From positions 32,001-96,000 of the IMG/VR virus record IMGVR_UViG_2806311071_000002: 64,000 nt of DNA; one strand, 5' to 3'. The stretch's first letter is position 1; the number at the start of each line of letters is the position of its first letter. Source of the DNA: a virus (taxonomy: Duplodnaviria; Caudoviricetes). Positions 48,982 through 58,860 of this stretch are shown here, one piece after another. Under the pieces are notes generated by a model. The model made no database searches, was not told where the DNA came from, and worked only from the letters and a program-made list of their open reading frames with translations. Made by a program: the position numbers and the translations under genes.

Positions 48982-49127
48982 GAATGCGGTGGCGAAAAAG
49001 GTAAACGCGTAGATCGAGGTGGTATGACTAACCTTCGGGAATCTCGAGGCCAACCTTCAAGAGAAGACTAATAGTTGGCGAATTGTCATCCATGAGAGGT
49101 GCAAATCCTCTCCCGCATTCATCTCCA
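48982..49127 (+). ncRNA. tRNA-like RNA with an ~85-nt insert replacing the anticodon and variable arms
   Basis: Acceptor GAATGCGG/CCGCATTC, D-arm GCG-AAAAAGGTAAA-CGC, T-arm GAGAGG-TGCAAAT-CCTCTC. Confidence 0.65.
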
Positions 49128-49139
49128 GGTTTATTAATT

Positions 49140-50301
49140 AGAGTTCTTTTATTGATGGCATGGGGGTGTCGTCAATAATAAGCTGATTACTGATATGTGG
49201 GATATCAGTTCTCGGCTAATATTCATTTGTTTGAGGACTTGGAATGCTGGAGCTTCGGACAAGTGGATATTAGCGGGGTATTGCCCCTTCGTGGATTAAG
49301 CTTTTTCTAAACATGTCTATTCTCACTTTCTAACGAACAAAAGCATTAAATTCGACTTTACAGCTACAACTGGTCATTGTGGTTAGTCGGATAATGGTCA
49401 TTTATGAGGGTTCGAGGTTAACTTGGATGTCTGTATCTTAAAGAGACAGGTAATTGGCTATTATCGGGCTAAACATGCCGATAAGACTTAGCGCATTAAT
49501 GCAACGACTGAATCCCATCAGGGTCTTATTATGGGTGGCATGTGACCTGAATATTAATTGCGGTGTATTGCTTCGGCTTGCACTTAGGTAAGGAAGATGC
49601 GTCTCCCTTCCCTTTAAATAATGCCCTTGTAAGCTTTGATGCTTATTATGCGGCCACATAAAAATTTTCCGGGTTAGCGAGTCTTCTATACTCGTAAAAT
49701 AAGTGAGATGGAGGTTTGGGCGCTTGATCACCGCCCCCATTTCACAGAAAAGGATTATTTTCGGTCTTACCTTTTCAACTTCACTTAGCAACACATTCGC
49801 TATTTATTCACTTCATCTCCTTCAATGTTCTGAATGGAGACTTACCTTTCCCAATGCACATACCTCCTTACACGGGTCAGAGAAAACTGTGCAAAATAAA
49901 TGACGAGCGTTTGAGACGCTTTGTTTCTCAATAAGGCGTGTAACCTGACAAGAGCATTAAAAATGCCATTGAGAAGGCTTATTAGGGTCTTCCCTTCTCA
50001 AATTTTTCCTTGGCTCTCAGACTCTAAGGGCTGAGCAGTTGGCAAGCAACATAAAAACTTGATACATTTTCCAGACTACGAGAGCCGGACGTTGGCAAGC
50101 AACATAAAAACTTGATACATAAGATGTAAAGGTAATAGGAACTTTTAACACATTCCAGAAAGCGTGTATTATTTGTTGTCATAGCTCATCTGCCAGGTGT
50201 AGAAGGAGCCAGCTGGATTTCAAACAGCGATAACCAGCCTTTTATGCTCATGTACCATGATGTACAAGGAGTTCCTGAAGACGTTATTATGGCGTCTTTT
50301 G
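49140..50301 (+). ncRNA. Dense cluster of structured non-coding RNA
   Basis: Successive G:U-containing hairpins; no credible ORF; terminator at 50278-50301. Confidence 0.55.
50038..50120 (+). repeat. Two exact 30-bp direct repeats with a 23-bp spacer
   Basis: GTTGGCAAGCAACATAAAAACTTGATACAT at 50038-50067 and 50091-50120. Confidence 0.95.
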
Positions 50302-50440
50302 TTATTTTCGACTTACAAAGATTTCGATCGATGAACCTGTAATCAGCGTATTCCCTGTCGATTTTGCGTACCTACGTGGGTTAATGAATAATATTTAAGG
50401 AAACGCTAATTTCGTATAATTTTCAAGGGAGGACGAAAAG

Positions 50441-50671
50441 ATGGACACAAACATTCGCGTTAAAGTTATGTATGATGACACGGTATATAATAAGTGGGGC
50501 GAGATTATTAATGAAACTTATGCCGGCGAGATTATCGATGCTATCCTTAACGAAGACACAGAAGAATATTTTGGAAAAGATCATGGAGGTCGCGAAGTAT
50601 TTGTCGCATCTCTCGACATGTACGGTAAGCTCGTACTAGAGCCTGGATTTAAATTAGTAGACGACAAATAA
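50441..50671 (+). CDS. Small acidic hypothetical protein
   Basis: GGAGG RBS, upstream TATAAT and its own terminator (50683-50715). Confidence 0.7.
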   Translation: MDTNIRVKVMYDDTVYNKWGEIINETYAGEIIDAILNEDTEEYFGKDHGGREVFVASLDMYGKLVLEPGFKLVDDK

Positions 50672-50919
50672 CGCAATCAGAAAGAGGCTTCCGCATCCTG
50701 TGGCGAGGTCTTTTTGTGCTTGCGTTTTACTTTAGCGATCATCCGGAATGTGCTTACGAGCCTTCCGGTACGCAAGTAATCAATAATCTCCTTCGGGCGT
50801 TTCCCCAACGCCTATCCGACTTATCTTTTCATCTCCTTTATATCCCCTTTTCGGACGTTACCGATGCTTCGGATCATCGGGCTTCCGAAGGAGCTTATTG
50901 TACGTAAATAAAACACATA

Positions 50920-51120
50920 TTGGAGGAATTAAATTTGGCTAAGAAAGTTCATACAGTAAATTTAAAAGGTAACTATACTTACATTGATGGAATTATTGAA
51001 GAAGAAACAAAAACAGACATCGAGCGTTATGATCTAAATTCAATCTTAAAATCATTTGATGGTCGGAAAGTGAAAATTTCTATTACCGAAGAAGACGAAC
51101 TTCCACAAATCAATGAGTAG
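50920..51120 (+). CDS. yonK: YonK-like protein
   Basis: AKKVHTVNLKG...KVKISITEEDELP. Confidence 0.7.
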   Translation: MEELNLAKKVHTVNLKGNYTYIDGIIEEETKTDIERYDLNSILKSFDGRKVKISITEEDELPQINE

Positions 51121-51131
51121 GTGGTGACTGA

Positions 51132-52331
51132 ATGACAGCTATTTTAGATCCTGTTTTGCATCGTGAAAAAGACGAATCATTTACTGATTATCATATTAGA
51201 CTTTTCAAAAACAAAGACACTTATCACATTGACACAAAAACAATTGCATCCCTTTTAAATAAGGATCAAGGAACCAACTATGATGAAAGCAAATGGCGTA
51301 AAGACTTTAAACAGTATGAACGCTGGCACGATTACTTCATCTCAAAGAATATGAACAAAGAAGTTCAACAAAAACATGAAGAAATTCGCATTGAAACCGA
51401 AAAACAAACAATCAAAGCACGAGATCAAAAAAGAGAATACCGCAAGTTCATTGCCAATCAAGCACGATTTGAAAAAATTAAAGATGATGTTGTTCAAGCT
51501 ATTGCATCTCTAGAGTCAAAAAGACCCCTTCGCTTCACCTTCCCATCACCTGCTATTACTGAAAAACATGGACTTGCTCTATTCAGTGATTGGCACTTCG
51601 GAATGGAAATTGACAACCGCATTAATAAATTCAATAAAGAAATCTTTAATGAGCGTGTAGAACATCTCACCAACAAAGTGATTGAGTATGGTAAGCAGAA
51701 TCACATTTCCACACTTCATGTAGCAAATCTCGGTGATTTAATCGGAGGCCTAATTCATGTGTCTACAAGAGTTCAGGCCAATGAAGATGCTGTAGAACAA
51801 ATTAAATATGTATCTGAAACGCTTGCTGAGGTGTTAGCTATGTTGGCTAGTGAGTTTCAAGAGGTTAAGTTCTATAACGTTGCAGGCAATCACGGTCGCC
51901 TCTCCCCTTCTAAGAATGATGTGGGGATCAAAGAAAACTTTGAATACCTCATTAATTGGTATCTTGAAGCCAGATTGAAGAATATAAAGAACATCTCAAT
52001 TGAACCTGAGCAAGACGGATTCATCCCCGCTAAAATCAACAATCAGGAAGTCGTGTTTGTGCACGGCCACTACGATCGTGTTGATCAGTGTGTAACACGA
52101 TTGCCCCAATTACTTGGTTACATCCCTTCTTACATATTCGGCGGTCATATTCATCACAATTATGAAAAAGAGTATGGCAGCACAACAGTTGTAGTAAATG
52201 GAGCGCTTGTCGGTGCGGATGATTATGCTATGCAAGGTCGGTTCGGAACAAAACCTTCTCAAAAATTTATGGTTTTTGATGATGCTGGTATTGAGGCTAC
52301 ATACATAATTCGCTTTAAAAATGAAAAGTAA
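51132..52331 (+). CDS. yonJ: Calcineurin-like metallophosphoesterase
   Basis: SDWH, GD, GNHG, HG, GHIH. Confidence 0.85.
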   Translation: MTAILDPVLHREKDESFTDYHIRLFKNKDTYHIDTKTIASLLNKDQGTNYDESKWRKDFKQYERWHDYFISKNMNKEVQQKHEEIRIETEKQTIKARDQKREYRKFIANQARFEKIKDDVVQAIASLESKRPLRFTFPSPAITEKHGLALFSDWHFGMEIDNRINKFNKEIFNERVEHLTNKVIEYGKQNHISTLHVANLGDLIGGLIHVSTRVQANEDAVEQIKYVSETLAEVLAMLASEFQEVKFYNVAGNHGRLSPSKNDVGIKENFEYLINWYLEARLKNIKNISIEPEQDGFIPAKINNQEVVFVHGHYDRVDQCVTRLPQLLGYIPSYIFGGHIHHNYEKEYGSTTVVVNGALVGADDYAMQGRFGTKPSQKFMVFDDAGIEATYIIRFKNEK

Positions 52332-52478
52332 AAGGAATGATTCTATGTCTGCCAACGAATTTATTGAAATATTAGCAGAACATTGGGACAACCTGTCCCA
52401 TGAAAGCAAAAACACTTTAGTAAATTTGATTGTTAATTGATTTAAAACTTTAATTTTATTCAGATTGGAGCAGTGTAA

Positions 52479-52808
52479 GTGGCTGATCACAAAGATGTTT
52501 ACGAGTCTTTCTGGAAGGAAATCATTGAAGATGGAACAGGAAATATTAACAAAGAACAATTAATGAAAGAGCTGTGTGATTATAAGTATCTGTTGGATTC
52601 AATTCCTGCTGTTTATGAAGAAGTGACTTGTAATACTGTAAGTAAGCCATTTGCTGATCCTAAATATGTTATTGAGACTCATAGAGAAGCTTTTATAAAT
52701 AAAAGAATTGTCATAGATGATTTAAGAAACATGAGTGTGGCAGCAAAACACTATTCACCTTATGAGACAGTTGTGAGCCTAGGAGCTATTGAAGGTTTAT
52801 TAAAGTAA
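52479..52808 (+). CDS. Hypothetical protein
   Basis: GGAG RBS, GTG start. Confidence 0.6.
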   Translation: MADHKDVYESFWKEIIEDGTGNINKEQLMKELCDYKYLLDSIPAVYEEVTCNTVSKPFADPKYVIETHREAFINKRIVIDDLRNMSVAAKHYSPYETVVSLGAIEGLLK

Positions 52809-52838
52809 TACAAAAAATATTGAGGATGAAGACGAAAA

Positions 52839-53312
52839 ATGACGAATGAAGATTTTAAATACTTAAACAAGCATTTTGAACAGCTTATTAAATTAAGAGA
52901 ATCTGGTTATAAATGTGATTTTGAGATTAGAACTGTCTTAGATAAATTGCATGAAAAAATGGGTCTTGAGCAAAGAGCAACTATCGGAAAATGTTCAATG
53001 CCTGGAATTAGTATAAAAGAACCTTCCGTTGTTGTTTCACAAGGAGCAGTTAATTATTCACCGGCATTTGGGTCATCTAAAGGTGATACCCCCTTAAACA
53101 GTCAGAAAGATAAACCTAAGCTATTGATTCTTGGTGAACCTGGTTTGCTTTTTGAATTTTTCAAAGCATATATTGTACCTGAATCAACTATAGTAAGATG
53201 CAATATAAGTCGAGATCAAGCTCAGATAATTACAGAGGAAATTGAGATAACTTTTTTGAAGAAGACGTCCTCTACTAGGGGGATGCGATTTGATTATAAA
53301 TTGTCTATGTAA
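52839..53312 (+). CDS. Hypothetical protein (yonH slot)
   Basis: Synteny. Confidence 0.5.
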   Translation: MTNEDFKYLNKHFEQLIKLRESGYKCDFEIRTVLDKLHEKMGLEQRATIGKCSMPGISIKEPSVVVSQGAVNYSPAFGSSKGDTPLNSQKDKPKLLILGEPGLLFEFFKAYIVPESTIVRCNISRDQAQIITEEIEITFLKKTSSTRGMRFDYKLSM

Positions 53313-53420
53313 TTAAAAACACATTTTAAGAGCGCCCAGTGATGATTGAAGTCTCCCCACTTCTCTATTGCTGGGCGTTTTATAAAACGTGTTTTTAAAA
53401 ATTATATTGGAGGTGTATGA

Positions 53421-54350
53421 ATGCCTAGAAAAGCCAAAGAAAAGGAAAAATTGATCTGTGCTGCTTGTCAGAAAGAAAAGGACAAAGAGTCAGGGTTCTA
53501 TAATTCACGAAGCAGTCTGTATGAGAAGACTGGAAAAGTCCCTATTTGCAAGACTTGCTTGAAGAAAAACATTGATTACAACAATATTGAGTCAATATAT
53601 ACAGTCTTACAACAGATCGATGTTAAATTTGATCCTTTGTATTGGGAACAAGCTGAAAAGAGAAAAACAGATACATTTAGCGCTTATATGACAATGGCTA
53701 ATTCATTGAAGCAATTTAACGGTACTGGTTACAAAGACAGTATATTTACAAAAGAAGATAAAACAAATGTAACAGCTAATGAAGAAGAGAGCCAAACGTC
53801 TCAAGACATTGACTCAGACTACCTAGAGAAACTTAAAGAAAAATACGGATATGGCTATCCCGATGACGACTACCTCCTCTTCGAAAAGAAATTCCTTCAA
53901 CTAAAACCCTCTTTTCAGTTACTCACCACAATGCACGAAGAGTGCTTACGAGAATACTGCGTAAATAAGGTATATGAGACCCTTGCTAAAGCAAAAGGAG
54001 ATTTTAAACAAGCTAAAGACTGGGCTGCAATGGCAAAAGATACAGCTGAAGCTGGGAAATTAAAACCTTCTCAAATGAGTAAAGCTGATTTATCGCAAGG
54101 TTTGGATGGATTTGGACAACTGGCGAGAATGGTTGAAGAGAAAGTTGACATTATCCCTATTTTACCGAAGTTTGTTTCTCAGCCGAAAGATAAGCCAGAT
54201 GTAGTATTATGGTGCTATTTAAATTATGTTCGGGACTTAAAAGGTCTTCCACCTGCTGATTATAAAGATATCTACAACTTCTATGAAGAACGTAGATCAG
54301 ATTATGAGAAACAGGAATTAGATAACGATCCTTCAATGCGGGAGTTATAA
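53421..54350 (+). CDS. yonG: YonG-like protein, probable terminase small subunit
   Basis: CAAC..CKTC Zn finger; directly upstream of the large terminase. Confidence 0.6.
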   Translation: MPRKAKEKEKLICAACQKEKDKESGFYNSRSSLYEKTGKVPICKTCLKKNIDYNNIESIYTVLQQIDVKFDPLYWEQAEKRKTDTFSAYMTMANSLKQFNGTGYKDSIFTKEDKTNVTANEEESQTSQDIDSDYLEKLKEKYGYGYPDDDYLLFEKKFLQLKPSFQLLTTMHEECLREYCVNKVYETLAKAKGDFKQAKDWAAMAKDTAEAGKLKPSQMSKADLSQGLDGFGQLARMVEEKVDIIPILPKFVSQPKDKPDVVLWCYLNYVRDLKGLPPADYKDIYNFYEERRSDYEKQELDNDPSMREL

Positions 54351-54352
54351 TA

Positions 54353-56128
54353 ATGGCTTCGAGAAAGAACTTCCAAAAAGATAATTTTAAATACACCAAA
54401 CAAAGTTCAAGATTGGACAGCGACCCTGAATTTAACTCCCCTGTCCAAGCAAATCAAAATAAGGTTGATACTTTTGAGAGAAATTTAGATAAATGGATTG
54501 AATTTGTTCAATGGGCAAGATGGTTTCCTGATTTATGGTACGACTTAATTAAGCCAGAAAAAGGCGGCATGAGACTAGATTTAGATCAAAGGGTTTTCCT
54601 AAGATGTATGAGTCGTTTTGTAAGTACATATGGAGTTTTTCCTCGTGGATTTGGGAAAACAATGCTCGAGTTAATGTCAATTTACCATACTGCTATTTGG
54701 TTTCCTGATATCACGATAGCCATGTCAGCACAAACAAGAGAAAATGCAGCTTCAATCAGTGAAGAGAAACACAATGAAATTATGAAGTGGTTTCCTTTAA
54801 TGAAAAATGAATTAGCTGGTAGACCTTCTTTTACTAAAGACTCTGTTGAGGTTAAGTTTTCTTCTGGAGGAGTTTATTCTGTGCTGGCAAATGCACAGTC
54901 TACAAAAGGACAGCGTAGAAGAAGGCTAAATGTTGAAGAATCAGCTCTCTTAAATAACGAGCTATTTAAAGATGTGCTTGAACCAGTAGTAAACGTACCC
55001 AGAAGAACAATTGGTAAGCTTGCTACAGTAAACCCTTTTGAATTGAACGGAATGATTAATTACCTAACAACGTCAGGCTATCGAGGATCGGATGAATTCA
55101 ACAGGATTTTAAACATGCTTGATGAAATGGCTGATTTAAAAGGGAAAATTGTTCTAGGAGCAAGCTGGGAGTTACCTTGTCACTTTGGCAGAGGTGAAAC
55201 ACGGACTCAAATACTTGCAAAGAAAAACGATCCTACAACCTCATCAACTGCTTTTGCAATGAACTATGAGTCTAAATGGGTTGGTGCGAGTGATGGAGCA
55301 CTTATCAACATTAGCAAATTGATCAAAGCAAGGACAATTACAAACCCAGAACTGACCTGCCCTAGAGATAAGAATAAGAATTTCTTATTAAATGAATATG
55401 TGATTGGGGTCGATGTTGCCCGCTCAAGTGAAAAGTCAAACAACAAAACAGCCATCATTGTTCTGAAGATTATTCGCAACTCCAATAATGCAATTAGACA
55501 AGTCCAGGTTGTAAATATAATCGAGCCGCCAAATGGATTGAATTTTAAAGAGCAATCGATCATGGTTAAAAGGGTTTTCAAAAACTATGGAGGTAATGAA
55601 GATCTATCTATATCAAGAGTTAGAGCTGTGATTGTGGATGGAAACGGAGTCGGAAGTGGACTAGTGGATAGACTTCTAGAAGATGTTACAGATCCAGAAA
55701 CGAATGAAGAATTAGGATGCTGGGCAACAATCAATACTGATCAGAAGCCAGATGTTCCAAACTCCCCTGCTATTGTTTACAACCTCAAATCTCAAGGGAT
55801 TAATGACAAGATTATTACCACTTTCTTAGATTATGTTGAATCTGGAAAGTTGAAATTATTGAGACCATATGAAGAAATAAAAAGCAAAAAAGTCATCAGC
55901 GACGATATAATGGTTGAGGCCACATGTATTCAAACACAATTATTAATTGATGAAGTAGCCAACTTAAGGCTAAAGAAAACACAGAACTCAATTAGCGTTG
56001 AACAAGTAGTTAAACGTATTGATAAAGATAGGTACAGTGCATTGAGTTACGCTCTTTACTACATAGCTTTATTTTTAGAAAAGGAAGAATCCGATGATGA
56101 GTATTCATTTGGATTCTTTTTTAATTAG
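54353..56128 (+). CDS. yonF: Terminase large subunit
   Basis: PRGFGKT, GQRR, VEE, GVDVAR, KDRYSA. Confidence 0.9.
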   Translation: MASRKNFQKDNFKYTKQSSRLDSDPEFNSPVQANQNKVDTFERNLDKWIEFVQWARWFPDLWYDLIKPEKGGMRLDLDQRVFLRCMSRFVSTYGVFPRGFGKTMLELMSIYHTAIWFPDITIAMSAQTRENAASISEEKHNEIMKWFPLMKNELAGRPSFTKDSVEVKFSSGGVYSVLANAQSTKGQRRRRLNVEESALLNNELFKDVLEPVVNVPRRTIGKLATVNPFELNGMINYLTTSGYRGSDEFNRILNMLDEMADLKGKIVLGASWELPCHFGRGETRTQILAKKNDPTTSSTAFAMNYESKWVGASDGALINISKLIKARTITNPELTCPRDKNKNFLLNEYVIGVDVARSSEKSNNKTAIIVLKIIRNSNNAIRQVQVVNIIEPPNGLNFKEQSIMVKRVFKNYGGNEDLSISRVRAVIVDGNGVGSGLVDRLLEDVTDPETNEELGCWATINTDQKPDVPNSPAIVYNLKSQGINDKIITTFLDYVESGKLKLLRPYEEIKSKKVISDDIMVEATCIQTQLLIDEVANLRLKKTQNSISVEQVVKRIDKDRYSALSYALYYIALFLEKEESDDEYSFGFFFN

Positions 56129-56146
56129 AAATTGAGGAGGTGAATA

Positions 56147-57688
56147 ATGACTACACCTGAACCACAGCCATCATATGAGTTTAATACAAATTTAACACCG
56201 CTTGATTCATTGTTCTTTAATGATTTATTTAACGGCATTTCTTACGACAAAGTTAAATCATGGCTGAAAGACCACAACACCTACAATAAACAGATTAGAG
56301 ATGCCTCTAAATTGCTTTATAACGCAAATGGTGTGTATAGAAACGTTATTGACTACATGGTAGCCCTCCCTACTTTAGACAGAGTTATATTGGGGTCAAG
56401 TAAAGCAACTAATTTTAAATCGAACAAACAAAAGTTCAACCTGGCTTTAGGGAAAATCAGTGACAAAAGTGTTGTCAGGGATTCATTAGGAAAGCTCAGC
56501 AAATATGGTACTGGTTTTTATTATTTTGATTCTGTGGTGAATGATTCCTTCCCCACTACTCTAAGTGACAATGAGATCGGATCAATAACTGAATCAAATA
56601 CCATTGACGACTTTAATTGTTCAGTCCTCCCCCTTCCTCTCGATTATTGCAAAATTATCGGCAGGAAAAATTCCTCTTATCAGTTAGCTTTTGATGTCTC
56701 CTATTTTGACAAGTTCACAACTAACGGAAGGTCGCTCAAGCTTAAACGATGGCCAGAAGAAATCAGACAAGGTTATAGAGCTTATAAAAAAGATCAAAAT
56801 CGAAAATGGCTAGTTCTTGATAACAATAAGACCATTGCTGTTAAAGGAAGTAGCGACATTGAAGATCAATGGGGACGCCCAATCGGTTTATCTGCATTTA
56901 TTGATATGGTTTATGATGAATACTTTGTTGACACTAAACGGAACATTTTAGATGAGCTTAACAGTACTTTAATCTACCAGACCTTCCCTGAAGGCGATCA
57001 AAAAGGTAAATCAGCTTTATCTCAAAAGCAACAGGAACAGCAGCACGAGAATATAAAAAAAGCGTTAGTTGCCAAAGGCAGTGTTAAAGGGGTTAAGTTC
57101 TTCTCTTTGGCTTCGGGAACAAAATTAGACAAGTTAGAAACTAATGTGGATTTCTTGAAGGTAAAAGGTGAAGACGAGCTCATTAAACGAATCACTACAA
57201 ATTTAGGATTTGCAGGATCTGCTCTCAATGGTCAAGACGGTAACTACTCTTCTCAACAAACCAATATTGAGATGGTTTCTTCCCAAATATTCTCCTGGTT
57301 AGAACAAATCCAAAGTGAATTTAACAAGGTGATAAACGCCAACATCATCAAAGATCCTCGCTCTTATATTGAGGTTTACTACCTCCCTCTTACCCACGTT
57401 AACAGGAAAGAAAAAGTCCAAAACATGAAAGACCTTTATACAAGTGGTCGAGGCAGCCTTATTGCTTGGATAGCCGCTACTGGATGGAATCCTGATGCTT
57501 ACTTATCCCTAATGGAATATGAAAAAGACGAAGGTTTTGATGAAAAGTTCCCTGTTCATGCAACCTCTTTCACAATGAGCAAGAATAGTGATAAGTCAGC
57601 CGGCGCACCTGAGATCGATACTCCGAAAAATGAAAACACGATTAAATCGAAGACAAATAACAGTAACGGAACGCCTTCTGGCTCTTGA
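56147..57688 (+). CDS. yonE: Portal protein
   Basis: 513 aa, follows terminase; synteny. Confidence 0.75.
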   Translation: MTTPEPQPSYEFNTNLTPLDSLFFNDLFNGISYDKVKSWLKDHNTYNKQIRDASKLLYNANGVYRNVIDYMVALPTLDRVILGSSKATNFKSNKQKFNLALGKISDKSVVRDSLGKLSKYGTGFYYFDSVVNDSFPTTLSDNEIGSITESNTIDDFNCSVLPLPLDYCKIIGRKNSSYQLAFDVSYFDKFTTNGRSLKLKRWPEEIRQGYRAYKKDQNRKWLVLDNNKTIAVKGSSDIEDQWGRPIGLSAFIDMVYDEYFVDTKRNILDELNSTLIYQTFPEGDQKGKSALSQKQQEQQHENIKKALVAKGSVKGVKFFSLASGTKLDKLETNVDFLKVKGEDELIKRITTNLGFAGSALNGQDGNYSSQQTNIEMVSSQIFSWLEQIQSEFNKVINANIIKDPRSYIEVYYLPLTHVNRKEKVQNMKDLYTSGRGSLIAWIAATGWNPDAYLSLMEYEKDEGFDEKFPVHATSFTMSKNSDKSAGAPEIDTPKNENTIKSKTNNSNGTPSGS

Positions 57689-57705
57689 GAGGAGGTGATT
57701 AGTAT

Positions 57706-58860
57706 TTGAAAAGCACGATTTTAGAAATTAACAATCAGAAAAAAACCAGTGGTCAGACATACATCAAGTGGGTCGTTCTTGAAATTCATGAAAACAATAC
57801 TCAATTTAACAAGAATGGCATTACCTGGCTGGAGAAATACATAAACGCTAACCTTGAATCAATCAAGTTAATGCCAATTTGCGCAGAGTTCTTGGATGAT
57901 GAAAACAGTGAGCCATTCGGACACGGGTTAACAGAAGTCAAGGACGGTACCCCGCTCTTTGAAAACAGCGCTGTGGTTGGTACGACCACCAATGCTTACA
58001 TTGATACTATAGATGTTAATGGTGAGCCAAAAAGAGTGTTAATAGCTGAAGGCTTCCTATACAACCAGCGCTACCCTAAATTTGTTCAATGGTTAAAATC
58101 AAAAATGTTTGATGGTGATTTCCCTGAAACCTCGGTTGAGATAGCAGCTGTGGAAGGTTCAGATGCAATTGAATATGAAGGTGGCTGGAAAGAACAAGGA
58201 CGTATACCTATGAAATTTGACTTTACAGGTGATGCAATTTTAGGTATTGACCCTGCAGATGACGCTGCCATTTTACTTGAATTAAACAGTAACAAAAAGG
58301 AGGATAATTTAATGTCAAAATCTCAAGAAGAAGTAGTCCTTGAATTAAACAACAAACTTGATAATAAGAATAAAGAAATTGGAGAGTTAAATCAAAAAGT
58401 TGAGAAACTTACTGAGGACTTAAAGCAAAAAACTGAAGAACTGAATGCTGCTGTTAAAGCTGCAAAGGATGAAAAAGCTAAGGCTGAAGCAAAAGAAAAA
58501 GAAGCGCAAAAAGCCAAGGATGAAAAAGCCAAGGCAGATGAAGAGCTTAATTCCCTAAAGGAATTCAAAAACAAGGCGGTAGCCGAAAAGATGCAAGGAG
58601 AGCTTAACCAAGCTTTAAAGGAATATTCTCCTGAAGAAAAGGATGTCGCAAAAGAGAAAATTGAAATGTTCTCTAAGTCCCCTTCTATCGAGCTTAAAAA
58701 CGAAATTATTTCTGAAATCAACTCAGCAATCGCTCGATCCTTCATCGCTGAACGCTCAAAGAAACAAGCCTCTGAGACTAATAGCAAAAATTTCGATATT
58801 TATTCAGACGTTCGTGATTCTGGGCAACAAGGTTCAGTGACAATTGATGATCTTTATTAA
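57706..58860 (+). CDS. yonD: Prohead protease/scaffold
   Basis: N-terminal GHG and TSVEI, long coiled coil. Confidence 0.65.
   Translation: MKSTILEINNQKKTSGQTYIKWVVLEIHENNTQFNKNGITWLEKYINANLESIKLMPICAEFLDDENSEPFGHGLTEVKDGTPLFENSAVVGTTTNAYIDTIDVNGEPKRVLIAEGFLYNQRYPKFVQWLKSKMFDGDFPETSVEIAAVEGSDAIEYEGGWKEQGRIPMKFDFTGDAILGIDPADDAAILLELNSNKKEDNLMSKSQEEVVLELNNKLDNKNKEIGELNQKVEKLTEDLKQKTEELNAAVKAAKDEKAKAEAKEKEAQKAKDEKAKADEELNSLKEFKNKAVAEKMQGELNQALKEYSPEEKDVAKEKIEMFSKSPSIELKNEIISEINSAIARSFIAERSKKQASETNSKNFDIYSDVRDSGQQGSVTIDDLY

Noticed and set aside
48982-49127. Canonical tRNA or tmRNA gene
   Set aside because: No 5-bp/7-nt anticodon arm at the proper position; too short and no tag ORF for tmRNA
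49438-49903. ORFs 49438-49794(-) and 49703-49903(+)
   Set aside because: No proper RBS or protein-like composition; they overlap dense RNA structure
50038-50120. Mini-CRISPR array (repeat-spacer-repeat)
   Set aside because: Only two repeats, a short 23-nt spacer, no GAAAC/ATTGAAA end and no cas genes; the pseudoknot reading fits better, though a solitary-repeat anti-CRISPR RNA is not formally excluded
58392-58840. Antisense and alternative-frame ORFs in yonD, and similar short antisense ORFs across the window
   Set aside because: Artefacts of long coding genes on the opposite strand or frame
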